NCBI RefSeq assembly: GCF_006345805.1
Contig: NC_042998.1
Location: forward strand, 168,888,001 to 168,952,000
Length of the DNA stretch: 64,000 nucleotides
From: Octopus sinensis
Taxonomy: Eukaryota
Direction of reading: 5' to 3'
Within the stretch, counting starts at the first letter, position 1. Each line of letters opens with the position of its first letter. Below are positions 1-12,424 of the stretch, in pieces. The notes beneath the pieces were generated by a model, which saw only the letters and a program-made list of their open reading frames with translations, made no database searches and had not been told where the DNA came from. The position numbers were made by a program, and so were the translations under genes.

Positions 1-2
1 TC

Positions 3-377
3 TTCTTTAAAGAGGGACAGAAATTTAAGATCAAATCTAACTTTACTTGTGCCTCTGAAAACATAATTTCTGTTATTAAATGCTCGGGCTGCCACCAAGA
101 CTACGTGGGTTCCACGGGACTATCACTCAGGCGCAGATGCACACTGCATCGACAACAGATTGCATTCCCAGAATATAGAATGATACCTTTTAGTGAGCAC
201 ATTGAGAAATGCGCAAAGCAACTACTGCCACAATTTTTAATCTTCCCATTTTACCAATGTGCTTTCGGATCATCAACACAAATGAGACTGAACAAGGAAA
301 CATTCTTCATTGAAAAGTACAAACCCAGACTCAACCATCCGAACATACTGACAAGGAAAAGGGAAAAAAAATTTTAA
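3..377 (+). mobile_element. Penelope-like element, C-terminal GIY-YIG endonuclease fragment (runs off the window start)
   Basis: Frame from nt 3 reads FKIKSNFTCASENIISVIKCSGCHQDYVGSTGLSLRRRCTLHRQQI...KETFFIEKYKPRLN. This matches the PLE pattern FTC-x-S-x-NVIY-x-I-x-CxxC-xx-YVG-x-T...R...H, with the first Tyr changed to Ser. Confidence 0.85.
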
Positions 378-486
378 GCGATTATCTCCCCTACACCGGA
401 AAAAATCACTCACTACCTCCCCTTATTTAGAAATCTCCTGGAAATAAAAACAACGATAATTCCATGCAATATAAACATAACGTCAC

Positions 487-526
487 AAGAAATTTGAAAA
501 GCTACACGCGAAACCGGTAATTTCTT
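487..526 (+). ncRNA. Minimal type-I hammerhead ribozyme motif in the PLE 3' region
   Basis: AAGAAAT-TTGAAAA-GC-TACAC-GC-GAAAC-CG-GT-A-ATTTCTT: 7-bp stem I, core with U3-A8, 2-bp stem II, palindromic stem III (ACCGGT), GUA cleavage triplet. Lies ~110 nt after the GIY-YIG stop. Confidence 0.7.
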
Positions 527-660
527 TAAAAATTTTAAAATTATGTCATTTTAAGGAAAGGGAAAAAAAATTTTTCCAATATTCTCCAGACATTTTGACA
601 CAAATATATATATTTTTTAACATTTAAGCCTTCTGTCGTTTTTTCACACTTTACTGTATT

Positions 661-698
<38 letters not shown>

Positions 699-699
<1 letters not shown>

Positions 700-845
700 G
701 ACGGGCTTCTTTCAGTTTCCGTCTACCAAATCTACTCACAAGGCTTTGGCCGGCCCGAGGCTATAGTAGAAGACACTTGCCCAAGGTGCCACGCAGTGGA
801 CTGAACCCAGAACCATGTGGTTCGTAAGCAAGCTACTTACCACAG
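699..845 (-). mobile_element. SINE family B (tRNA head + CORE-like domain), 5' half
   Basis: Reverse complement of GTGGTAAGTAGCTTGCTT...GGTTCAGTCCACTGCGTGGCACCTTGGGCAAGTGTCTTCTACTATAGCC...GAAAGAAGCCCGTCG, ending in (TA)n. Confidence 0.85.
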
Positions 846-1550
846 AGTTCCTATAATACTCCCAAAACTTATGAAATGTACCTCGTATTTATATTTCATT
901 TATATACCTGATTAGCATGTAGATTTTTCTCGTATATTTAATCATCGTGTTGAATATTATAAACAAGCAAGCTGAGGAAGAGCACAAAGAACTGAGTTAG
1001 CGGCACTTATGCCTCTGATATTTCATTGTTTCTTAATATAACACTTTTTTCTACATTGCTTTGGTTCACTTAACTAAGAGGGAATAAATAAGCACAGCAA
1101 TCTCAGATTGTTCATCCTCCGATCGTAGTTCGCCAATAGTCTCGCTTGGCTTTGCAAATAGATCTAAACCACGGTTCCAATTAAGGTTTCCCTTGAATGG
1201 TGGTTTCTGAGCTCAAATTTTACTAGGTTCAAATTTATTGTTCATTCTTCCGAGTTTGTTAAAATAAAATACCAGTCAAGTTTTAGGTTGATGCAATTAA
1301 TTTAAGCTACCTTAAAATTTGAGATCGTGTGCCTATATTAGAAAAAATATTGATTTGTTACGTAAACTGAAGGCCTCAAATTTGGGGAACAGGAATGTAA
1401 GATTAATTTAATGGTACTTTCTTTTATCGATATCAGAAGGATAAAATGTAAAGTAGCTCCCAGTCGGAATTGTCCTCAGAACGTGTTATGAAATTAATAT
1501 TCGTCTGATTTTAATGTAGTCAATGGACGGATTCGGCAGGCTTTAATTTA

Positions 1551-1716
1551 GTCATGGGCAAACTTCGGCCCACGGGACTTTCTGATAATGTGCCTAATCT
1601 CACAAGGTAAATAACATTTATTTGAATACTATGAAGTGTTTCAGTAGTGCGACCTGCCTCATAATGAGCCATATCTCTTGGATCTCGCAAAAAAGGTGCC
1701 CATGTTTGCTTTATTT
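1551..1716. mobile_element. Possible degenerate hAT-like MITE
   Basis: Imperfect termini CATGGGCAAACTTCGGCCCACGGG and AAAAAGGTGCCCATG resemble hAT MITE ends. No TSD confirmed. Confidence 0.35.
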
Positions 1717-3069
1717 AATTCTCTTTACGTTCTGATTTCAGATTTCACCATATGAACCACAACTTTGTCTTTCATCTTTCGATGGTTGATAAAACAGGTA
1801 CTAATTATGAAGGGAGATCGAACTTAATTGGCTATATTTTTTCTTCCTCGTTGGGGGTTGTATGAGAAACTCAATATTAATACGGGTTTCAGAGTTAAGT
1901 ATTCCAGTACAAAATTTCATTTTATTCCTTCCTCCAGAAAAAAATGGCTTTTCTGATTTTGTGTTAACAGTTTCCATAGCCTTAAGTTTCGAGAGCCACC
2001 ACACAGGACATTGGATGTTATAGAGAATTGTAATTCATAAGTAATTACAGAGAATTGAAATCAAAAAAGGAAGCTCTTTCATGACTAACAGAGTATCTTC
2101 ATTTAGGATAGAGAATTTCAGCTAGGGCATTCTTGTATTTTCATACATATAGGATTTCATTATTTAGTTGTTCCTTCCTTTGTTTAATGTTGTAGGATAC
2201 GATTCAAAGAAGATTTGGATGCTATTTCTTACACATAGAGTATACACATTGTGTATACGAAGAATATGTTTTTTTTTTTTTATGACATTAAGAAAGAATA
2301 TAATGCGAATTTTAAGACTATTAATATCTGAGGTTAACAACTGGACTCGAAATTTTGTGAGAGAGACTGTTGTATTCATTCAAATCGACCTTACTACATA
2401 ACTGGTATTTACTTTATCTTCAGATGAATGAAAGTCAGAATTCGGAATCAGAAATAAAGGCTCAGAACTAAAAGCTGTAAGGCTTTTTACAGTTCAGTAG
2501 TTTATAGTTTCTGCAGTTCCTCCTTTCAACATTTTAATTAGTCCTCTAACAAGAGTTGGTGTTTGTCGTTAGTGAGGAGGGTTTTTTTAAAAAATAAACT
2601 ATAAATGAATTATACGCCAACACACATGCACAGATATCTAGAAGCCTCGTTTTTTTTATATTGCTTTCTTTTGACAAGGAATAAGACAATTTTAATAAGA
2701 GTTTGATCTTCAATAATCTTATTTAAATGCATTTATGGTAATTATTTTATCGAGACAGATGGATGAAAAGCAATGTTAATTCCGATTCAGATCCTAGAGG
2801 TACGAATTTAATTACAGCATTCTCCTCTAAATTGCAATGTTTTCGATCATTTCCACCATTAAAACTGCAACATCATTGGCTGAAATTCTCTTCACTTTCC
2901 TTCTCCAAATTCATATCTTACAGAGGAACGATTAAATGTGTAGCGATAATCTTCCAGCAAGCATAATCTATAAGCTTGTCGCTGAGGTAGCTGCATACCA
3001 TTTACGTCACAGATACCACAAAGAGAAGTCTGAGCATCTCATATTCTCAGTTTCCTCCTCTATGTATTG

Positions 3070-3285
3070 ATTTCAAATTTTGGCACAAGGCCAGCAATTT
3101 CGAGGGATGGGGTAAGTCGACAACATCGACCTCAGTAATGCACAGCTGGTACTTATTTTATCGACCCCAAAATGATGAAAAGCAAAGACGACCACGACGA
3201 AATTTGAACTCAGAACGTGAGGACAGACGAAATGGCACTAAGAATTTTGCTCGACATGCTAACGGTTCTGCCAGCTCACCGGCTT
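3070..3285 (-). mobile_element. SINE family A, older copy
   Basis: Reverse complement of head GCGAGCTGGCAGAA...GAGTTCAAATT, body GGGGTCGATAAAATAAGTACCAG and tail ...GGCCTTGTGCCAAAATTTGAAA. Confidence 0.85.
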
Positions 3286-3994
3286 ATCTCTCTATATATT
3301 TGTGGGCTTGTGCTATAAAAATACTTACATGCAACTATGTATATGTGTACGTGTACTTGCGTGGGAGTGAATGAATCTTTTTATCGCCTGAATGAACGTA
3401 CAAGAACAAGAATGTCGAATGTCAAAAGAAATAATTTTTAAGGTTTTTCTGTATAGATTTTCTATAGAATTCAGAGTCAGCACTGTAAGTCACGACGTTT
3501 CGTAAACAAATACATCTATGTAAATAATGCGATCGTAGACAAGAAAAAAATAATAATAATAGTTCAAGGATTATCGTCTGTTCATCAGCCCCTCATCCAA
3601 TCCATCATCTGCCCACGAACATTTGGCTTTAATATCCACAAGGTTTAGTGGCGTAACATAATTGGATAGACTAATTTGTATATTAAACTCATCCCTGGCA
3701 AATGGGTACGTGTATTTAATTGCTGGCAAGACAACAATATTTCGTTCATGTATGTGCGTGTGCGTATGCATATACACATATGTATGCATGTTTTTATGTA
3801 TAATATATACACCTTTCTCCACGTGATCGGCTTGAAAAGTTGTTAAGACTCGAGGATATTTCCTACTTTCCGTAACAGGAAACCAATGGTAGCCTTAATT
3901 CACAAATAACGAAATTACATCCACCAATGCAGTTTTGAGCACTCACTTCCATCGTTCGACATTTACGTATACATATATATATACACACACACAT

Positions 3995-4109
3995 ACGTGT
4001 ATGTGTATGTATGTATGTATGTATGTATGTATGTATGTATGTATGTATGTATGTATGTATGTATGTATGTATGTATATAGATGTATGTACAAATGTATTT
4101 GTGTATACG

Positions 4110-4150
<41 letters not shown>
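3995..4150. repeat. (TATG)n followed by (GATA)n microsatellites
   Basis: Direct inspection. Confidence 0.95.
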
Positions 4151-4166
<16 letters not shown>

Positions 4167-4784
4167 TGATGCATGAAGGTTACAAATCATTCTAGTCCAT
4201 TAAAGTGGTAACAAGAAAGTTAGTGGATAGTAATGTAGAGTTTATTCTGGAAAGAGATATGAACGGAATGCAGACAAAAAAATCTAGGCACCATATTGCA
4301 TGACACAGCTTAAACTGTGTTAAGTAAATCAACAAGTGAACATCAAAACTTGTTTGACTGTGAGGACACTTTCGCTGCTCCTCTATTAGAGCAATGCAAC
4401 CAAATTCACGAGAAATGATTTCATGCTGCCATTCTTCAAACAAGCATTGCTAACTTCAAAGAAACCAAGAGAAAACTGCAGCTGTAATCTTGTAAGACGA
4501 AGTTGGATAGGGAAAAACAATATGATCGATTTGCAAGCTGCAGCTTATTTATATGACGTCTAGTAACTATGCTGGACAGACTTAAGGAAGAAGATGACAA
4601 CTGAAGTCATCTGATATATCAAAAAGCTTCTTTGAAGAAAAAGACAAATACTTGACCTCTAAATGTACCTACAGTTGAACAACAGCAAGTGAGGGTAGAA
4701 ATTTCATATGGTGAGTCATTATCGACTAACGAAAAAATCCCTAATGACAGACCACCTAATATATAAATCTGTAAAATTACCGAA

Positions 4785-5065
4785 TAAGTGTGCTTGGCCT
4801 AGTAGTTAGGGTGTTGCATTCACGATCGCGAGATTGTAGTTTCAATTCATAGACCGGGGAGTGCGTTGTGTATTTTGAGCAAAAAAATTCATTTCACCTT
4901 GCTCTGCAATCACTTCATCATCTGAAGTGTGGCATCTCGTGCATCTTTACAAGCAATGTCGATTTGATAGAAGGGGTGACTCATGTACAGCACAAACATT
5001 TGATCACTGTAAACAAATCATGTGTACATGTTCAGCAAGGAATTGCAGAATCGTCTTTCCGGGAC
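4785..5065 (+). mobile_element. SINE family D (tRNA head TGGCCTAGTAGTTAGGGTG...; CORE-like TGTATTTTGAGCAAAA...TTTCACCTTGCTC)
   Basis: Homologous to copies at 27478-27810, 44895-45190 and 47715-47972. Confidence 0.75.
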
Positions 5066-6884
5066 TCGAAAGACTTCCAAGAAGAAGAATCACCAGAACA
5101 GTTTCAAATTCTGAAATAACCCTGTAAATTCTCTCCCATTAAAATAATTATTTTCTTTTTTTACATTTTCACTCATCTAAGAGTATCAAACCCTAGTGAC
5201 TGGGTTTATAAGATCGCAGATTTATTATTCCAGGATCATGAGAATTGCAGACTTTTACAGCTATTGTATTGCTTCTTTTTGCACGATCTAACTTGTGAAT
5301 CAAATAATACGGCTTATTACCACTATTTTAACAGAAGTGACTTCAAAACATTCAGCATCTCTGATTTGTGTAGTACATATTAATTATATAACTGCAGCAA
5401 ATGCAGAGAAACAACGTAAGCAACTGTCAAATGTATCATGTGCAAGCTGTTGCAGATATTGCCATGGTAACTTTTACATTTTCCAGAAAGGAAGAAAAAA
5501 ATTTCAAAACCATTTAATAATGCACAAAGTAGGAGAATGTCTACCTCAGATTATTTTATTTAGCTTACAGTGAATGCAACTGCTACAAATGCAACAAATT
5601 CATCATAACGACTGTTATTAGAGCTAGTCTACCAGAAATGTATGCGTCTGTGTATGTGTAAGCGTATGTGAAACTGCATGCGTGCGTGTGCATGCAATTT
5701 ATGTGTGTGGATGTGTGCATTGATGTATGGGTGTGCATGTGCGTGCATATGTATGTGTGTGCGTCTCGGAAGAAACGGTAGTAACTCTTTAGCTGTAACC
5801 ACAGTTGCAAATTCGATCATGTGACGAGCAGATGTCGAAAACAATGATAATAGCAATGATATCTCTTCTATAATCACTACATTAATGAAAAGCAGCACTA
5901 TTCCACCTTGCAATGCTGATGTTGTTGTAGCTGTTTAGCCCCAAGACAGCTTTGACCGACAAAAGCTACAAATAGTTATGTACAAGTCTTGGTCGTCCAT
6001 TTTTTACATATAAGGCACGACATTGTCCAATGCGCATGAATTAAGAGCGATTAGGTTGTTATTTCTAGTCAATGTTGTAAGCCAGCCCTGCTGTTTGCAT
6101 CCCCTTCTCGCAACCTATAATCAGAGGCTCCTTCTCCAATTTTTTCTACAACACACTCCAGTCACCTCTATAACACTATATGCAAAATGTAGTCGACAAA
6201 TTACAGTTGAATTGCGAACAAGAAATCCATAGTTTTTGAGCATACATATCATTGTACAAAATTAAATGTTTCTGAACAAAATTACATGTCTTACGACAAA
6301 TCATGTGACGGTTTATAACACAGGCCATCTCTCCTGTCACGTCACCTGCTCTCTTTATTACTTAGATGATCACTAAGTTTCCCTAGTACTGAGATGTCTA
6401 TGTCCCAGATGACCTAGCAATCAAAATCGAGAGGATTCTAAACTTGTTATTGTCGCAACGGTTCCACATGTGCATGTGACTCGGGAAGGGACAGGTTATG
6501 CACAGCTCTAGATTACAGTAGCCATAAGCGCAAAAGAAGCAGAAACCCACCTGATAAAGAGCTGAAGGCAAGGAGGACAAATATGGGCAAGTAAATCAAA
6601 TATATATTGTATGGTAACCATAAAATCATACACACAAATCTGTGTGTGCGTGTTTTGTTTCTAAATATGAATTTAAGTGTTAAACAATCCATCCTACCGG
6701 CAGCAAAATGTTATAGTACAGATTTCAGTAGTGCTTTTTAATTCACAGCAAATAAACACAGCTTTATCTAATAGCTGAATATCGTGGCTGAATTTGACAT
6801 CGTATTTGTAGATCTGTTTTTTTTTTGTTTTTTTTTCACCTCATTACTTATCATCGTATCTCTACATCTATATTTCAATATTGG

Positions 6885-7105
6885 AGGTATTTTAAGTCAG
6901 CGAGCTGGCAGAAATGTTAGCACGCCGGGCGAAATGCTTAGTAGCATTTCGTCTGTCTTTACATTCTGAGTTCAAATTCCGCCGAGGTTGACTTTGCCTT
7001 TCATCGTTTTGTGGTTGATAAATTAAGTACCAGTTGCATACTGGCTCGTCTAATCGACTGGCCCCTCCCCAAAATTTCTAGCCTTGTGCCTAGAGTATCA
7101 AAGAA
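6885..7105 (+). mobile_element. SINE family A
   Basis: GCGAGCTGGCAGAAATGTTAGCACGCCGGGCGAAATGCTTAG...GAGTTCAAATTCCGCCGAGGTTGACTTTGCC...AAGTACCAG...GCCTTGTGCCTAGAG. Confidence 0.9.
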
Positions 7106-8331
7106 TATTTGGGATATTTTACCTGCCTGTTTTCCTGTCAATCATTCTAAGCTTTATTCTTCTTTATCATGCTTTCTTGACTTCTCTCTCTTTTACACTA
7201 CCCTTTGTTGATTCTACCCGTTTCTTAGCTAAACAACACCTCAACTTAATATTTTGCCGAGTTTCCTTATATTCGCACTAAGAAATGTTATAGTCTACCC
7301 TCAACACTGCAAATAAACTTTCCCGTTCCTCTGAATTTTATTGTAATTATTCTCAAGAAATCAAAAAATCCATAATATATTATCGTAATAAATACCAAGA
7401 CATATAAAAAAGCATTTCTTATTTCTTTCTGTATTTTTTTTAAGAAGAGTAATAGTAATATCTATAATTTCCTGATAATTTCCTGTAATAAAAAATTGCT
7501 AAAGTTGAATTTAATTAAAATTTTGGTGATTCTGAAAGTAGCGTAACAAATTAATACTGAAATACTTTCATTATCTCATCGAATACTTTTGCTTGTTAAA
7601 TATTATTGAGTATCACTTACAGTATTATCTAACTATTAATGAGAATATTCCTTCATTAAATATATATATGTATAACATGAACATATATATGTATATACAC
7701 ACATATATATATATGCATATATATTTCTATTTTGCCCACAAGGAGCTGAGCATAGAGGAGACAAACAAAGACAGACAAAGTGATTAAGTCGATTACATCG
7801 ACCCCAGTGCGTAACGGTAGACGAAATAACATATATATACATATACACACACACATATATATATATATATACACACACACATATATATGTATACACACAC
7901 ACACACGCACACGCACACACTCACACACATATATATACATATATGTATAGACGATCCTTCACATCTTCATGTGCATGTACAGGATATAGAGTCCTTTGGG
8001 TTTCACTCTAATTAATAATTGAGAAATTAATTATTTCACAATTAAATTTTGATAAATTTATCTGTGTAAAGAGGACAAAGGCCGTCAATACTTCAGTATG
8101 TATCGCTTTATCTTTTACTTGTGATCACTGCATATATGACCTTGTGTACAGTAATCACATTCGGTTAAAATGTCTTATTGAAGCGTTTTGTTTCTCTTTT
8201 TTCCCTGATGAGAAGATTGCATTGTTTTACATCAGTTTATTCCTTCTTGAATAATACCAATGTTTTCTTCGAAACATATGTCGGAAGTATAAAGATTTGA
8301 ATAACACCAGCGTTTAATTCATTTACTTATT

Positions 8332-8371
<40 letters not shown>

Positions 8372-8818
8372 CAAAACTGATGACTAAAATTTTAGCAGCA
8401 GATCAAACCGGTTCTTAAAATTTTGCCAGAGTAAAGATATTTGAAGAGCTTCATGCTTAATAGGTTGTGCAACTGTTAACATGCACCTTGGGCTGCTTAC
8501 TGATAATGAAGGAACACCTTCAGCTTGCCCTGATTACTTTAGTATGGCTCTTCATTAAATGCAAGATATGTTATAAATATTACAGTCATATAACGACGTG
8601 AAATCAATGCACTATTTTAAGATCTTAGATGTATATTACAGTATATTTGATGCATATGAGTATTATCAGAGATGAGTGTCCATATTTATATCTGAATTAA
8701 GAGATAAGATCGCCAAATGTTTGTTTCACTCATCTTTGACGAACTCGTCTATGATCCCCAAGCATAGACACTGGATGCAACCTTATTTATACCAATCTTC
8801 CTCAACCTATTTTCTCTG

Positions 8819-8874
<56 letters not shown>

Positions 8875-8878
<4 letters not shown>

Positions 8879-9110
8879 AATTTACAAAAATAATCAAAAG
8901 ATGAAGACAGGTGTAGGAACAACAAGCAGATGTATTAGTTTAACGCTCGGGAAAAATAGAAAACTCTTTTACGTTTCGAGCCTACGCTCTGCGACAGAAA
9001 GGAAGAAGAGATAGGAATGAAGAGAGAGCGAAAACATACAGAGAAAATAAAACTGTGTAGTGTTCGGCGGTCCAACATGGCGAGATGATTAGAAAAGAAG
9101 AGATAGAATG
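8875..9110 (-). mobile_element. PLE-type terminal-repeat fragment with a degenerate hammerhead-like motif (8966-9001)
   Basis: Homologous to 27185-27370. Abuts (AT)n and lies downstream (minus strand) of the GIY-YIG fragment at 9640-10200. Confidence 0.55.
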
Positions 9111-9639
9111 AAGGAAATATTAATAAAAAAAAGCGGTTGAATTAAAGGGATATAATAATGGTTATCCCAACGAACTAAGGTGTGCGAGCGTCTGTGTGCA
9201 TGTGAGAATAGTGTATGAGTGTGTACTTGTGAATTGAGAAGAGTGAGTTTGACGTGTGTGTGTGTGTTTGTGTGCATGTGTGTTATGTGTAGCAGTTGGT
9301 GTGTGCTTTTCCAAGTGGTGTGTGCACTTGTGTGTGTATATGTATATATATATGTGTATGTGTGTCTGTGACTGTGACCAAATAGTATGCATGTGTATAG
9401 TGTATGTTTGTGGGCGAAAGTTATCTTTGTCTATACTTGTTGCATACATTTATGTGTATTGCGTGTGTGTATATATTGTCTGTGTTCAGATATTACGTAC
9501 TTGTGTGAATGTGGTAGTGTGCATGAAGGTGTGTATACTGAGTTAAACAGTGTGTATGGCTGCTCGTATAGTGGTAGTTGTGGTGGCGCTATTGAAGAAT
9601 GTGTGTGGGTGTGTGCATAATGTTGTGTGGTATGGGTGC

Positions 9640-10200
9640 TAAGACGTGGTCGCTGCTAGTATGTGTAGAGATAAAGCGGAAGTGGCGCGAGACCGGGGTA
9701 TCATTGCCAAGTCTGATGCCTCAGAGATGCTCCGCGAATCGGTCAGCCAAGCAGCGTCCCGTTTGACCAATGCACAGGGAAGGACAGAGAGAGCAGGTGA
9801 TGCAGTAAATAACATTACTAGAGGTGCAGCTAAAGGAGTTGGTGACGTGATAAGGATAGTGATGGGGCATGTGAGGATGGTGGTGTTGGAGAGATAAGGG
9901 CAGGAGCAGGGGAAGGAGCCAGGCTGGAGAGAGGGGGTAGGGAAGAAACTGCGGACCAGAAGGTCATGCAGGCTATGGGCTCGTTTGAAGAAGGGAAAGG
10001 TAAGTTAGGAAAGAGGTGCGAGGTAGAGGGTCTGAACTGCAGTCGCCGGAAGGCTCGGAGAATGGTGCGTTGGAGATAGGGTGACGTGGTGGTTGGTGAG
10101 GGGAAACAGGAGATGGGTAAGGGCGAGGTGGATGCGAGGAGAGAAAACAGAGGCATGGTCCACAGATCGTTCCCGGGATGGGCAGTGTGGATAATGGTGA
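9640..10200 (-). mobile_element. Penelope-like element, linker + GIY-YIG fragment (frameshifted)
   Basis: Minus strand reads ...LQRTILRAFRRLQ...SHLFPNLP...FKRAHSLHDLLVRS, then FSCTSSNVIYCITCSLCPSLCIGQTGRCLADRFAEHL*GIRLGNDTPVSRHF. Confidence 0.85.
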
Positions 10201-10379
10201 CAGTATGCACATACTCACTTATTGACAGATAGATAGATAGATATGAATAAATGCACTTAAAAATAAATACATATAAACATGCATCCATACGTGCATACAT
10301 ACATACACATGCACGCATGCACACACACACACACACATACATACATACAGACAGACATACATACATACGCGCGCGTGCA

Positions 10380-10790
10380 AATCGACGGCATAAGAATGAC
10401 TATAAGGTAAAGCCCCACTTCGGTCATGCCTGACCATGGGATTACACCTAGAAAGTTACCCCCCGAAGCACAAGTTACGGCAAAGTTGTTTATGGAAGAC
10501 TAGCAGTCAACCATGCATACCAGCCTCCCCTCTCCACGCCCCCAGCTTGCTCCCTAACCACAAAGTTCTGGATCCAGTCCCACTTGGGCAAGTGTCTTCT
10601 ACTATAGCTTCGAGCTTACCAAAGTGGATTTGGTGGTCGCAACTCATTTCTACAGCTGAGTGAACTGGAACTACGTGAAATAAAGTGTCTTGCTCAACAA
10701 GAACACCACGCGCAGCGTCGTCCAGGATTCGAACTCACAACCTCACGATCGTAAGCTCGACGCTCTAACCACTGAACCATGAGCCTACAC
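10380..10790 (-). mobile_element. SINE family D variant, interrupted by a short family-B piece
   Basis: tRNA-like head GGTTCAGTGGTTAGAGCGTCG...GTTCGAATCC. Tail matches 25460-25625 (GGTCTTCCATAAACAAC...GGTAACTTTCTAGGTG...CCCATGGTC). Confidence 0.75.
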
Positions 10791-10830
10791 ACACACACAC
10801 ACGCATGCACGCGCGCGCACACGCACACGC

Positions 10831-10884
<54 letters not shown>

Positions 10885-10910
10885 GTATGTATATATATAT
10901 GTACGGGTAA

Positions 10911-11290
10911 CCGTGGCTGTGTGATAAGAAGCTTGCTTCCCAACCACATAGCTGTGGATCTAGTCCCACTTGGGCAAGTGTCTTCTACTATAGCCTCGAG
11001 CCTACCAAAGCCTTCTGAGTGGATTGGTAGACGGAAACGGAAAGAAGCCTGTCGTATATGTATGCATATCTATGTGTGATTTTCTTTGAATTTGAGTTTG
11101 TCCCCCACCACCGTTTGACAACCAGTGCTGGCGTGTTTACGTACCCGTAACTTAGCGGTTCGGCATAAAACACCAATAGAGTAAGTACTATGCTTAACAA
11201 AATAAGTCCTGAGATCCATTTGTCCGACTAAAACCCATCGAGGTGATGTCCCAGCATGGCTCTAGTCACATGACTGAAATAAGTCAAAAA
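10911..11290 (+). mobile_element. SINE family B, full length
   Basis: CGTGGCTGTGTGATAAGAAGCTTGCTTCCCAACC...TTGGGCAAGTGTCTTCTACTATAGCC...CCAGCATGGC...ATGACTGAAATAAGT. Confidence 0.85.
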
Positions 11291-11329
11291 CAAAGGATAA
11301 AAGTTTCTTTGGTAGTATTTTCTACCTGT

Positions 11330-11820
11330 TGAGACCACCACCACCACCATTTCTACTACGGCTTCTGCTGCTGCAGTTGCTGTTGTTGTTGTTGTTGTTG
11401 GTGGTGGTGGTGTTTGTGATTAGTGGTGAGAGTACTGCCGCTGCTATTACTATTACTACTGTCGCAGTTCAAAGCAGTAGAAGTTGTTTCTGTTGCCGCT
11501 ATACTGGGAAGCAGCACTACTGGGTTCTTTTGCTACAGTTGTTGCTTCTACAGCGGCTTCTGCTAGTACTGTTAATGTCTCAGCTCCTTTTATTACTGCC
11601 GTTCGTTATTGAGTCGTCTTCTTCTTCTTCTTCTTCTTCTTCTTCTTCTTCTTCTTCTTCTTCTTCTTCTTCTTCTTCTGTTACAACTACATCCCCCATC
11701 ACTACCACCAACAACACCACTACTACTACTAGTTGTAGTAGTAGTACCTGTACTACTACCACTACTCTCACCACCTGTTATTACTACTACTACTACTATT
11801 ACTATTATTATTATTATTAA
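11330..11820. repeat. Mixed trinucleotide low-complexity tract including (CTT)n, (ACT)n and (ATT)n
   Basis: Direct inspection. Explains the poly-L/S/E/T ORFs in the track. Confidence 0.9.
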
Positions 11821-11823
11821 TTA

Positions 11824-12225
11824 AAGGCGGTGTGCTGGCAGAATCATTAGCGCGCTGGACGAAATGCTTATTGGCATTTTGCCCGTTGCTACGTTCTGAG
11901 TTCAAATTCCACTGAGGTCGACTTTGTCTTTCATCCTTTTGGGTTCGATAAATTAAGTACCAGTTACATACTGGAGTCGATCTAACCGACTGGACCCCTC
12001 CCGAAAATTTCGGGCCTTGTACCTAGGTACAAAAAATGCTTAGCGGCTTTTCTTCTTACTTTACAGTCTGAGTTCAAATGCCGCCGAGATCGACTTTGCC
12101 CTTCATTCTTCGGGTTCAATAAAATAAGTACCAGTCGAGCACTGGAGTCGATGTAGTCGACTATCCCCCTCCCCCAAATTTCAGGCCTTGTCCCTACAGT
12201 AGAAAGGATTATTATTGTCATTATT
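11824..12225 (+). mobile_element. SINE family A, tandem dimer
   Basis: Two bodies, each with GAGTTCAAAT...GTCGACTTTG...AAGTACCAG. Confidence 0.85.
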
Positions 12226-12424
12226 ATTACCACTACTATTATGATGTTGATAATGACAACATTGATAATGATGATGGACTTGTGTTTCACAATTTAGTAA
12301 TTTGTGCTTACTTACCCCGAAACCTGCCTCAAGATATGAAGAGACTATGCTAAACCGGTACACTTGCCCGAAAATCTTTCGTTTTATGCACATCATTTAT
12401 CATTATAACTTTAGCTATAAATAA

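Noticed and set aside
3571-3822. Minus-strand ORF with a non-repetitive C-terminal part
   Set aside because: Starts in a microsatellite; no family recognised.
4180-4700. Possible decayed coding sequence
   Set aside because: Short frames with stops; no motif recognised.
8462-8545. Possible phase 1-1 exon GCATVNMHLGLLTDNEGTPSACPDYF between AG and GTATGG
   Set aside because: Weak acceptor, no recognisable homology, no partner exons.
11329-11824. Long poly-L/S/E/T/G ORFs (also 14143-15066, 30794-31306, 46516-46850, 62186-62551)
   Set aside because: Translations of trinucleotide microsatellites, which lack stops in several frames.
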